A stretch of 25,444 nucleotides of DNA from a virus. Lineage: Duplodnaviria; Caudoviricetes. The notes beneath the pieces are model-generated. The model was given only the letters and a program-made list of their open reading frames with translations. It was not told where the DNA came from and made no database searches. Shown here one piece after another: positions 13,042-22,498 of this stretch. Every line of letters starts with the position of its first letter. The stretch's first letter is position 1. Made by a program: the position numbers and the translations under genes. The stretch covers positions 1 to 25,444 of the IMG/VR virus record IMGVR_UViG_3300049139_000049; one strand, 5' to 3'.

Positions 13042-16000
13042 TTGTCCACTGCGATTAAGGTGGGTTCCGGATATGTCGAGGTTGTACCGCGTCTCCAGGC
13101 AAAGGCGCTAGAGGATCTTCGCAGACGTCTAAACCGTCAGATGGCCCTAGCCGGAGGTAATGCGGGACGCGCTATGAGTGCGTCCCTTACTACCACTCTT
13201 CAAAAGAGCATGGATGCCCAATTGAAAAAAATGGGCAGACAGATGAATGCCCAGGCCCGAACCGCTGGAAGTAGCTCCGGTGAACTCTTCATCAGAAACT
13301 TCAACCGCGCCACTAAGGGCAAGATGGTCTTTGCTGACGCTTCCACTTTGAGGGCAAGCACCAAGCAGGCCGGTAATGCAGGTTCTCAGGCCGGTACGGC
13401 TTTCTCTCAGGGGCTCACTGGAAACGCCATGAAGGGCGTGACGGAGACTGCAAAGGAGCTTGGCAAGGCGGCCCAAGAGGCCCGCAAGGCTTTCGAAGGA
13501 CAGACGTCAGCGGTATTCACACGAGCCCGCCAGGCGGCACGGGAAGCGCAGAATGCTACCAATCTTGCGAACGTCAGCGTTCGGAATTCCCGGCGACTTC
13601 TTGATGAATTTGTCAACATCGAGACGCGATTCGCTGACCAGACACAGAAAGTTTTCAACCGAGCTTCTACGGTGGCCAAAGAAACCGCCAATGTCCAGGC
13701 AGCGGCGAACAGGTCACTCACTCAGAGTGTCGCTCTTGTCAACGAATATGAGCGGGCTTTCTCCCGCACTGAGGAACATATCTCTCGGAACATCAGGTCG
13801 CTGGTCGGACTAGGAAACGTTTCCAATCAGCAGATACGCTCTATCTCTGAGTCTGTCCGATCATTTTCTAACCGTATGCAGGGTTTCGGGCAGGACTGGT
13901 CTCTGTTCATCACTGCCCCAATTCTAGGCTCCATGGCGATGGTATCGGCTTGGGGTCTACAGGTAGGGGCAGAGCTACAGAAGGCTCAAATTGGCATTCA
14001 GCGGCTCGCTGAAACCGCTGGAATGGGGCTGGCTGAGGCTACTGCACTGGCCAATGCACAGCTAGCGAACCTTCGTGCTTTCGCCGAAGACAGTACTTTC
14101 GAATTTGCGCCGCTAGCCAACGGAGTCCAACGTCTAATGGCAGCCGGTGTAGAGGCGGAGGAGGCTACTAGATGGATTAAGACTCTCGGAGATACCACCG
14201 CTGCATACGGTGCCGGTGCTGATGAAATGAACCGCGCCGTTATCGCCATCTCTCAGAGCATGGCGGCGGGCAAGATTTATGCACAGGACATGAACCAGTT
14301 GAATAATGCTGGCATTCCTGTGTGGCGCATGATGGCAGAGGCCACCGGACAGACTGAAGCGGAATTGCGGGCGCTGGGCCGGGAAGGTGAGCTACTAAGT
14401 GATGACATTTGGCCTCAGCTCATCGACTACATGGAACAGTACAACGGCACGGCTCAGGAAATGGCCCAAACCGTGCCGCTATACGCCTGGCAAAACGCGC
14501 TAGAGCGATTCAGAAACTCTCTTGGCGATTTGATCAATGGCACCGATGAGACGATGGAGATCGTCAACCCCGAGCGTCCAGCGATGTGGGTTGAGCTGTT
14601 CGAAAAAATTGAAGAGACGCTAACTAGAATTGTTCCTATTGTCGGCCAGGCCCTAGATTGGATCGTACCGGCCCTAACAAGGGGCTTTGATGCCCTTAAC
14701 GGGTTTCTCGCTGGCGTGACAAATTCTGAAGGCGAGATTAGCAACTTTGGAATAGCCCTGGCTGGTTTAGCTGCTTTCTTGGGTCCGCTGATGGTGGCCA
14801 TCGGTTTCATCGGCCGTGGAATTGCGTCGCTGATCTCTGGTCTTCGACTTCTTCCTGATAACATTCAATCGCTCGTTGAGACTGTAGAAAATCTCCAAGC
14901 TGTTGGCGATACAGCCGATGACATGGGTGATTCTGTCGATCGGTCCGGCGAAAAGGTTTTCTCATTCAAGGAACGCCTACAGCTCGCCAATGATTACCTT
15001 ACTGGTGCCGCTGAGACAGGCTGGACCAGGGGGACCGATCTAGCTGACAGATGGGGGGCCGGGATTGTCCGGGCCGCTGACAAGATTGGTGAATTCGGCG
15101 ATCGACTACGGACCCTACCCAATGCGGTCGGCGACGCACTTCTCCGGGCTGAGGACCACATTGGACTCTTTGCAATTAATTCCCTGAACCGGATCGAGAC
15201 CGTATCAGACGGCATCGTACGGGGTTTTAATCGGGGCGTAGAATCCACAAAAAGATTCTACGACTTTGTCCGTGACGGCTCTGCTTGGGAAGTCGTTAAG
15301 GCTAACCTTTCCGACTTTGAAAGTATCGCTAAGGTCAGATTCAATAACGCCCTGGCCAGTTTTGATAACTTTTTTCAAGGTGCTGACGGTGGCCTGAATA
15401 GAATAATTAATAAAGTCAAGAGCATTCCCAGTGTCGTGCGCATTAGGTACGAAGAAGCTGGGGGGATTAGAGGTATTGCACAGTCGGCCGCCCAAGGAGC
15501 CGCTAACGCAGCCGGTGCTGTCGGACGTGGAGCCGCCGCGACCGCTCGGGGTGCCATGGGGGCCATTGGCGCTCTCATCACGCTTCTAGACGCCGTCCTA
15601 GGCCCGGCAATGGAAGTAATGCAAGATGTTCTAGGAGGCACGCTACGGGCACTCGGCGACGCACTGGCCCCCCTTGCCCAGGCATTCGCAGGAGCGCTTC
15701 TACCGGCGCTGACAGTGGCCGTGCTTGCCCTGACGCCCGCCATTCTGGCGTTCACGCCAGTGATGGAAATGCTGGGCGAGACTCTAGGCCCAGTCATTGA
15801 GGTACTAGCGACCGAATTTGCTAGTTTGATGGAGCAACTAGCTCCGGTATTCTCTGATCTGATCACTAACCTATCTCCTTTCCTCAGCGAACTGGGAACA
15901 TTCGTTGGTGAATTTTTGGGGGCCTTGGGGCCGGTTCTGGGAGAACTCCTAGTTGCCCTATCTCCGGTCATTGCCATGATCGGCGGGGCCTTTATTGAAG

Positions 16001-18633
16001 TTCTGAACATTCTCCTTCCTATTGTTGTCCAAATTCTAGAGGCAATTACCCCTCTAGTCCCTGTAATTGGTGAATTTTTGACTGGAGCCATCGAGTTCCT
16101 GACACCAATTATTCAACAATTGTTTGACGCAATTTCACCGCTAGTGCCGGTGCTGGGCGAACTGCTCATGTCTGCGCTGGAAATAATTGTGCCGATCATC
16201 ATGCAGCTTTTCGAGGCGCTGTCCCCGATCATCGATGTCTTTGTCGTTCTACTGACAGCCATTATGCCAATCATCGAAGCCCTCATGCCATTGATTGAGC
16301 TTATTGGCCTTCTCCTCGGATTGGTTGTCTCAATTCTTGCACCAATTATTGAATTGGCTGCAACGATTATCGCATGGCTGATTGAAAAGGCCCTGGTGCC
16401 GCTCATTGGCTGGATTGCCGATGCAGTTACATGGGTTGCCGAGAAGTTGGGCCCCAAGGTCGAATGGCTGTCTGAAAAGCTGATTGATTTCACAGAAGTT
16501 GTCGTGGATAAGTTCCAGGACTTTAGAGATAGCTGGGACGAGATTTGGGATGCCATCGGCGAGAAGGCTCAAGAAATCTACGATGACTGGATCAAGCCAG
16601 TCATTGATGGAGTCGGCGAAGCCTGGGACCGCGTCTCTGGGCTATTCTCTGGTGATCCCGATGAGGCTCCCGACCGACGTGCCGAAGGTGGCGTTATCCC
16701 TGGCTATGCCCCAGGGATTGACTCTGTTCCTGCCCTGCTTTCTCCAGGCGAAGGAATTCTACGCCCCGAGGTTGTCAGGTGGCTGGGTAAGAGCACTATC
16801 GATAGATGGAACGCAGGCGCTATGTCGGGCCTTATCCCCCGATTCGCTACCGGCGGCATCGTCGGCGATCGAAAGAGCGCTCAAAATGGCGCATCAGCGG
16901 TCCTGGGCGGCCCCGTACTAGCCTCTCCGGTACCCGAGGTAGGCAAGGAGCTGGAAGGGCTTGTAGACGTTTACAAGGATGCTACGGCCGACCTGGGCGC
17001 TAATTGGACGGACACCGCTGACATGGTGGTGAAGGCTACCGATTCATCCATGTCTGACGTTACCTCGAAGTCCAAGGAGAGCCTTAACACCCTTACCGGT
17101 AGCATCGTTCGTCCGGCCATGGATCGAACTGGTAATTTGGTTTCTTCCGGAATGAAGTCTGTGGAGAACACTAGCGCTAAGGGCTGGAAGTCGGTCAATT
17201 CCGATGTCAGAAATAACATGAGTGGAATCGAGAGCACTAACTCTCGTGGTTGGGCATCGGTAAACAGTACAACCGAGAGCCGAACGAACTCGTTTATCTC
17301 CACTGTTCGGGGTGCCACTAGGGATTCTAAGCGTCACTGGGATTCCATGATTAGTGACATGAACCGGTCGACTAGGGGTCTGGTCAATACCAGCTACTCC
17401 AAGGGCATCGTCGGAGTTCTTTCTCAGATGTCCTCTCTAGCAGGCGTAGGAAACCCTCTAAGAGCAGTGCATCTCTCTACCGGTGGCATCCTTCCCGGCT
17501 ATCAGCCCGGAATCGACACCATCCCCGCTGTCCTGTCAGCCGGTGAGGCTGTACTACGTCCTGAGGTGGTCAGGATGCTAGGTCCGGACATTATCAATGC
17601 GTGGAACAAGTCCGCCAGAAACGGTGAAATCCAAGGGTTTGCAAACGGCGGCGTCGTAGACGGGGCCGCTTGGGTAAGGAGGCACAAAGACGACCCCTAT
17701 AAGGGGTTCTCCGAGGCTTTTACAGCCGCCATGGATGATGTCGTAGAGCCGTCCCTCAAGTCCTTCGCCTCCATGTCTGGCGGCTATGGCTTCCGAGGTG
17801 CTGACGATATCCGATCCGGATACCCCGGCATTCGTGAATGGCTCGGCAAGGTTGACAAGGCCGCTGAGTCTGGCGGCAACGCCTCCAAAGTGGTCAGCCT
17901 TCTGCGTCAGGAACACGATAGAGGGATTAGCGGACGTCCCAATAAGTACACAAACGGAATTTCAGAGGCATGGTGCGCCGACTTTGTTAGCTGGATTGTC
18001 GATAAGGCAAGGGCCAACAAGGCGTACTGGAATAGCCCTAAAGGCACCCCTCAAAACAGGTGGCCCGCTGTACGTACCTGGGAATCTGTTTCTTCAAGAG
18101 CCGGTGACTACCGATTCGGAACATCCGGAATCCGCCCCGGTGACATTGTCACCTACGGCGGCGGCGGGCAGCACATCAACGTTGTTGAGAAGCTATTAGG
18201 TGGCGGCCGATTCCAGACCATCGGAGGAAACGAGTCCGACAGGATTCGTCGCCAGGTCCGCACTAGTGCTCGGGGCTATGGCCGACCCCGCTGGGGTCTA
18301 TCTGGCAGCCAGATGCAGTCAGGCCCGTTCAAGGGCCTCAATGTCAGGGCGTGGCCCGGTTCCTTCATTGACGAACCGGCTACGGATGACGGTGGAATTG
18401 ACGAGTTTTTGGCAAAGGGAGCAATCGTGAATTCTCCCACTCGGGCCGTTATCGGTGAGGCAGGTCGAGAGGCGGTAATCCCGCTAACCGATCGGGAAAG
18501 GGCGGCAACGCTACTAGAAGAGATTGGACTGCCCCACAAGGCGTACCACTTCGAAATTAACGCAGCTCCAAATGTGCCCACAGAGGAGTCGATTCTTAAG
18601 GCACTTAGTTATGCAGACACAATTTATGGATAA
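13042..18633 (+). CDS. Tape measure protein with a C-terminal CHAP-like cell-wall hydrolase domain
   Basis: 1863 aa. KVGSGYVEVVP N-terminus, tape-measure domain (STFEF...GKIYAQDMNQLNNAGIPVW), 11-residue amphipathic repeats, WCADFVSW...PGDIV...HINVV...TIGGN, terminal IGEAGREAVIPL. Confidence 0.95.
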   Translation: MSTAIKVGSGYVEVVPRLQAKALEDLRRRLNRQMALAGGNAGRAMSASLTTTLQKSMDAQLKKMGRQMNAQARTAGSSSGELFIRNFNRATKGKMVFADASTLRASTKQAGNAGSQAGTAFSQGLTGNAMKGVTETAKELGKAAQEARKAFEGQTSAVFTRARQAAREAQNATNLANVSVRNSRRLLDEFVNIETRFADQTQKVFNRASTVAKETANVQAAANRSLTQSVALVNEYERAFSRTEEHISRNIRSLVGLGNVSNQQIRSISESVRSFSNRMQGFGQDWSLFITAPILGSMAMVSAWGLQVGAELQKAQIGIQRLAETAGMGLAEATALANAQLANLRAFAEDSTFEFAPLANGVQRLMAAGVEAEEATRWIKTLGDTTAAYGAGADEMNRAVIAISQSMAAGKIYAQDMNQLNNAGIPVWRMMAEATGQTEAELRALGREGELLSDDIWPQLIDYMEQYNGTAQEMAQTVPLYAWQNALERFRNSLGDLINGTDETMEIVNPERPAMWVELFEKIEETLTRIVPIVGQALDWIVPALTRGFDALNGFLAGVTNSEGEISNFGIALAGLAAFLGPLMVAIGFIGRGIASLISGLRLLPDNIQSLVETVENLQAVGDTADDMGDSVDRSGEKVFSFKERLQLANDYLTGAAETGWTRGTDLADRWGAGIVRAADKIGEFGDRLRTLPNAVGDALLRAEDHIGLFAINSLNRIETVSDGIVRGFNRGVESTKRFYDFVRDGSAWEVVKANLSDFESIAKVRFNNALASFDNFFQGADGGLNRIINKVKSIPSVVRIRYEEAGGIRGIAQSAAQGAANAAGAVGRGAAATARGAMGAIGALITLLDAVLGPAMEVMQDVLGGTLRALGDALAPLAQAFAGALLPALTVAVLALTPAILAFTPVMEMLGETLGPVIEVLATEFASLMEQLAPVFSDLITNLSPFLSELGTFVGEFLGALGPVLGELLVALSPVIAMIGGAFIEVLNILLPIVVQILEAITPLVPVIGEFLTGAIEFLTPIIQQLFDAISPLVPVLGELLMSALEIIVPIIMQLFEALSPIIDVFVVLLTAIMPIIEALMPLIELIGLLLGLVVSILAPIIELAATIIAWLIEKALVPLIGWIADAVTWVAEKLGPKVEWLSEKLIDFTEVVVDKFQDFRDSWDEIWDAIGEKAQEIYDDWIKPVIDGVGEAWDRVSGLFSGDPDEAPDRRAEGGVIPGYAPGIDSVPALLSPGEGILRPEVVRWLGKSTIDRWNAGAMSGLIPRFATGGIVGDRKSAQNGASAVLGGPVLASPVPEVGKELEGLVDVYKDATADLGANWTDTADMVVKATDSSMSDVTSKSKESLNTLTGSIVRPAMDRTGNLVSSGMKSVENTSAKGWKSVNSDVRNNMSGIESTNSRGWASVNSTTESRTNSFISTVRGATRDSKRHWDSMISDMNRSTRGLVNTSYSKGIVGVLSQMSSLAGVGNPLRAVHLSTGGILPGYQPGIDTIPAVLSAGEAVLRPEVVRMLGPDIINAWNKSARNGEIQGFANGGVVDGAAWVRRHKDDPYKGFSEAFTAAMDDVVEPSLKSFASMSGGYGFRGADDIRSGYPGIREWLGKVDKAAESGGNASKVVSLLRQEHDRGISGRPNKYTNGISEAWCADFVSWIVDKARANKAYWNSPKGTPQNRWPAVRTWESVSSRAGDYRFGTSGIRPGDIVTYGGGGQHINVVEKLLGGGRFQTIGGNESDRIRRQVRTSARGYGRPRWGLSGSQMQSGPFKGLNVRAWPGSFIDEPATDDGGIDEFLAKGAIVNSPTRAVIGEAGREAVIPLTDRERAATLLEEIGLPHKAYHFEINAAPNVPTEESILKALSYADTIYG

Positions 18634-18643
18634 GGGGGTTTAA

Positions 18644-19690
18644 ATGCCGATTCCGGTTAGGCTCGGTATTCCTATCGACCCTGGCCCGGAAGCCCCCGAA
18701 ATACCGGAAATTCAGCGATGGCGTCGGTCAGAGATTACATGGACTTCTGCTAATGGAAGTTCTGTTCTCCTGACCGGCGACATCTCCGGTTACAATTCCG
18801 GGGTAGTTGTCCAGCCGGGAATCAAGGGTTTTGACGCTCCGCCCTATGATCTACAACTAGAAGAATACCCGTCTCTGGACGGGTCTATATACAGGGGCGT
18901 ACGGACTCAAGTCCGTGAAATCATGATCCCCCTCTTTATTTGGGCACCAGACAGGCCCAAGCTTCTTGCTATTAAGAGACGGGTACTAAATCTGTTCAAT
19001 CCAAAGCGCGGATTGGGAATCCTTCGGGTGACCGAAGGCGACGGCTCTAGCCGGTTTATCAGGTGTTACTACGCTAGCGGCCTGGAGGGAGATGAGCAGG
19101 ACGCGGGGCAGTTCACGTATTGCAAGTTCGGTTTGGTCCTACAAGCTCCGGACCCATTTTGGTACGGAGACTTGATATCTTTAAAGTTCGACCGGTCTAC
19201 TCCAAGCACCGTTAGTTTTTACGACGGTAGAGGTACACGTAACGGTGAACCCATTATTGACCCTTCACCGTTCTTCGGAATGCACGTCTCCACGGACGTG
19301 CCGTCCGAAAGCTCTTCCCAAATCTCCATCTCTGGTGATGAGGACACGTGGCCCTTGTGGTCTGTTACCGGATACAAGGGCGCGGGAATAACATTGAACA
19401 ACGAAACTACAGGCCGTTCTTTTCAGCTCACTTATGAGGCTGACAATAGCGACAACGGAAAGGTGGTCGTGATTGACACTAGACCTGGCCGCAAGTGGGT
19501 CTATGAAGGAGCTGTGAGCGACGGCAAGTTCATTCGAGAAACAAATCTATGGCCCTACCTAGAGGCCCGAGATCTTTGGCCGATACCAGAAGGGACTAGT
19601 GCGGCACGCATTCAAATTCTCGCCATTCCGGGATCAGAGCCTAAGGGCACTGTCACCTTGGATTATGAACCCAAGTTTTTGGGGGCCTGA
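18644..19690 (+). CDS. Distal tail protein (Dit-like)
   Basis: First gene after the tape measure; PGIKGFDAPP, REIMIPLFI, CYYASGLEG, LQAPDPFWYG, GDEDTWPLWSVTG, IDTRPG. Confidence 0.88.
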   Translation: MPIPVRLGIPIDPGPEAPEIPEIQRWRRSEITWTSANGSSVLLTGDISGYNSGVVVQPGIKGFDAPPYDLQLEEYPSLDGSIYRGVRTQVREIMIPLFIWAPDRPKLLAIKRRVLNLFNPKRGLGILRVTEGDGSSRFIRCYYASGLEGDEQDAGQFTYCKFGLVLQAPDPFWYGDLISLKFDRSTPSTVSFYDGRGTRNGEPIIDPSPFFGMHVSTDVPSESSSQISISGDEDTWPLWSVTGYKGAGITLNNETTGRSFQLTYEADNSDNGKVVVIDTRPGRKWVYEGAVSDGKFIRETNLWPYLEARDLWPIPEGTSAARIQILAIPGSEPKGTVTLDYEPKFLGA

Positions 19691-21105
19691 TGGATAGGTT
19701 TCTAATTGAAGTTCTGGAGTTGGTGACACATGACGAATTCGGGCCGCTCAAGCGGCGGGACCAGTACTGGCAGAGGATCGGACAAATTGACCAGTATCTC
19801 AGGCTGAACTTGGTTATCCGCTTCAATGACGTTTCTTCTTGGCGGCTAAGGTGTATGGCTGGCACTGATCAGGCCAAGCTTTTGAAGCCAGGCCGAAAGA
19901 TTCTTATTTGGAAAAACGGCATGTCGGAACCGCTTATATCCGGCCCACTGACTCAGATCGAAAGGTACTGGGACGACACCAACACTGGACCGGGCTCCGT
20001 CGATTTCATTGGTTCGTGTGATAATCGCGTATGGGATGACCACATTTGGACTCCATCACCAGAGTTTCCCACCGGAACTGTAATGTATGGCGGCAGGTTC
20101 AATACGAATGTCGACACTCAGTCAAATTATTCGTTCTCACGTATGCTCCACATTCTATCCGCGTACCAGTTTGGTCCACTGTCAGAGGTCAGGACCGTAG
20201 GAGAGCAGTACACGGGGACTAGCGGAGGAACGCATTGGAGAGCAGGAGAGAGTGAGGGATACCGAACACTTCCGGGCTATGAGCTAGCCACTGTCACAGA
20301 GCCAGATGTTCCCGAAGGGGCACCCAGCCGGGATGAATGGCCGCGCATCTCCTTCAGAGCCCGGTTCCCCAATCTTTTGGCTGAGCTTCGCGAGAAAGCC
20401 GCCACTGCCCGGGACCAGGCAGGCAATCTAACACCAGTTGGGTTCCGAATGGTATGGCAGCCTGAGAGTGGCAAAATGAAGCCTGTCGTGTTTGTCCCTA
20501 ATCCAATTGAGGAAGCGGCTAAAAACACCTTTTCCAAGGATCTAGGCAATCTTCGCAGATTCCAATACACCCTTAGGGAGCCTGGACCTAACCGCGCTTT
20601 CTTCGCCTTCAACGGTCAAGGCAAGGATAGAAATATCCATTACCTGTCCGCCGACAACTACAGCACCTCGGCGCACCAAGGCACGTCCTGGCCGCTCAAT
20701 GAGTGGGGCCGATGGCGGGAAGAGTTTTTGGACCGCAGAGACCAGCCTATTCCCAGTGCCGTAGAAGATCCGGCAGAGGCCCCCGAAGCCGAAGCCCAGA
20801 TCAAGCAGGCTATTACCGAGTTCTACGAGGCTTCACGGCCTCCAGCGGCAATAAGCATGGAAGTTCTCGACACTGAATACTTCAAGTTCGGCAGAGATTA
20901 CTTCGTAGGCGACTATGTTCAAGTTGATATTGACGGAGAGATCATCACTGACATTCTAAGGGAAGTTAGCCTAGTGGAAGAGGGAGGCCGATACACCATT
21001 ACGCCGACAGTGGGGACGGGTGACGCCTCTGAAACCCCCGCCCTTTATAGGCAGGTTCGACGCATTTGGAACCGACTAGACAAGATTGGAAAGCGCGATG
21101 ACTGA
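19690..21105 (+). CDS. Minor tail / baseplate hub protein (ReqiPepy6 gp37-like)
   Basis: IRFNDVSSWRL, LISGPL, FSKDLGNL, EEFLDRRD, FGRDYFVGDYVQV motifs; follows Dit. Confidence 0.85.
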   Translation: MDRFLIEVLELVTHDEFGPLKRRDQYWQRIGQIDQYLRLNLVIRFNDVSSWRLRCMAGTDQAKLLKPGRKILIWKNGMSEPLISGPLTQIERYWDDTNTGPGSVDFIGSCDNRVWDDHIWTPSPEFPTGTVMYGGRFNTNVDTQSNYSFSRMLHILSAYQFGPLSEVRTVGEQYTGTSGGTHWRAGESEGYRTLPGYELATVTEPDVPEGAPSRDEWPRISFRARFPNLLAELREKAATARDQAGNLTPVGFRMVWQPESGKMKPVVFVPNPIEEAAKNTFSKDLGNLRRFQYTLREPGPNRAFFAFNGQGKDRNIHYLSADNYSTSAHQGTSWPLNEWGRWREEFLDRRDQPIPSAVEDPAEAPEAEAQIKQAITEFYEASRPPAAISMEVLDTEYFKFGRDYFVGDYVQVDIDGEIITDILREVSLVEEGGRYTITPTVGTGDASETPALYRQVRRIWNRLDKIGKRDD

Positions 21106-22195
21106 GGATTCTAATAGCTACCCTTTCAGTGCGGGCAGTGGATCTGTCGTCACAGAAGGCGACTGGTCCGATATGGCACAGGACTGGGGCCATCACAGTG
21201 GGGTGCGAGTCCCTGGACCTTATTCAGATCCCAACCCCCTAAGAGTTTCCCAGGAAAGCACTTCCACCGTGTCTGTCAATCCCGGACGAGCTAAAATTGC
21301 CGGGTACCATTACCGACTGAACTCCCCCGCGTCGGTTGGCATTCCCATTTTCACATCTGCCAATCGGGAGAGGATTGACTATGTCGGCCCCACAGTGGAT
21401 GCGACTAGCCCAGTGGACCCCGGCAGCTTCATCGAGTTGCGCGTCAGGACTGGACAAGCGGCTTCCCCTGGTAATGCCATGCCCCCGTCAGACTGGCAGC
21501 TCTGGGGAGCGTACACGGCGACTCCTGGCCTCTGGGATCTCCCCCTTGCCGTGGTCCGCAGTAGGGCAGGAGATCCCGTAGAGGGAGGCTACGCCCCTCA
21601 GATCGTCAGCGTGGAGGATGCCCGCCGATATCTCGGAGCGGAAGTGCTTTACGCTCCGAACTCCACCGCGCGGCCCATTAACCCAAATGACGGCCAACTC
21701 ATGTATGAGAAGTCCACTAAGCAGATTTCTGTATACACACAGGACCAGAATCTTTGGAACCCCTTCACTCAACTGGGGGTATCGTCTTATCGACCCCAGG
21801 TATCGGGACTGACTGCGGGATATACCGCCACTGGCAGGTATGCCAAAATCGCCAACAAGCTAGTTTGGGTTTCGATTCACATTACGGTGAGCCGCAATGT
21901 TGTTCCTACTGCCACAGACACAGTTAGGCTTTACCTGCCGATTCGCCCCCTAGGCGGACACCGAATGCCCATTACATTTTACCAATACAGCGGTTCAGCA
22001 AATGAGCCGAACATGACCATGGGGCACGCCCTGGTAAACGCAGGAGGGTATCTGAACCTCTACGCACCCGATCCAGCGGACAACCATTCTACAAATTGGG
22101 AGCTGGACGCAATGAATAAGGACAGCCCTGGAACATGTCTCTTGGACCGATCCGGGGCGTATCTCTCTCTAGCGGGAGTATATGAGATCTCTTAG
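21098..22195 (+). CDS. Minor tail protein (upper baseplate / receptor-binding candidate)
   Basis: SYPFSAGSG..VTEGDWSDMA, VSVNPGRAKIAGYHY, WDLPLAVV, EDARRYLG, STARP.NP.DGQLMYE, TGRYAKI..LVWV. ATG 21098 overlaps the upstream gene end. Confidence 0.8.
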   Translation: MTEDSNSYPFSAGSGSVVTEGDWSDMAQDWGHHSGVRVPGPYSDPNPLRVSQESTSTVSVNPGRAKIAGYHYRLNSPASVGIPIFTSANRERIDYVGPTVDATSPVDPGSFIELRVRTGQAASPGNAMPPSDWQLWGAYTATPGLWDLPLAVVRSRAGDPVEGGYAPQIVSVEDARRYLGAEVLYAPNSTARPINPNDGQLMYEKSTKQISVYTQDQNLWNPFTQLGVSSYRPQVSGLTAGYTATGRYAKIANKLVWVSIHITVSRNVVPTATDTVRLYLPIRPLGGHRMPITFYQYSGSANEPNMTMGHALVNAGGYLNLYAPDPADNHSTNWELDAMNKDSPGTCLLDRSGAYLSLAGVYEIS

Positions 22196-22204
22196 GGGGA
22201 CGAT

Positions 22205-22498
22205 ATTAACGAGCAACTTATAACCGCTGTTGGGGCCGTGTTCTCTCTGGGCGGAGCGGCCTTTCTCGGTGCTGTCTGGCAGGGGTTTCGCGGATACACT
22301 AAGGCCCGAGCACAGCACATTGCCGATATTACGGCATGGCGAAATGAACTCGCCTCACAGGTATCAGAATTTCGGGCACTCATTGACTACTACAGAAGCG
22401 TTTCCGCTGATTATGCGTACCAGCTTCGATCCCACGGTATTGCACCTAGGACCACTGCCGTTATGCCACCAAACCTACGCACGGAGGATGATAAGTAA
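22205..22498 (+). CDS. Membrane protein, putative holin or lysis accessory (one TM segment plus coiled coil); probable ATT start at 22205 (GTG alternative at 22238)
   Basis: LITAVGAVFSLGGAAFLGAVW is hydrophobic and followed by heptads. Coupled to the endolysin by TAATG. RBS AGGGGGA at 22194-22200. Confidence 0.65.
   Translation: MNEQLITAVGAVFSLGGAAFLGAVWQGFRGYTKARAQHIADITAWRNELASQVSEFRALIDYYRSVSADYAYQLRSHGIAPRTTAVMPPNLRTEDDK

Noticed and set aside
13147-18581. Many antisense and alternate-frame ORFs within the tape measure and other structural genes
   Set aside because: Expected shadows of GC-rich coding sequence; no RBS or motif support.
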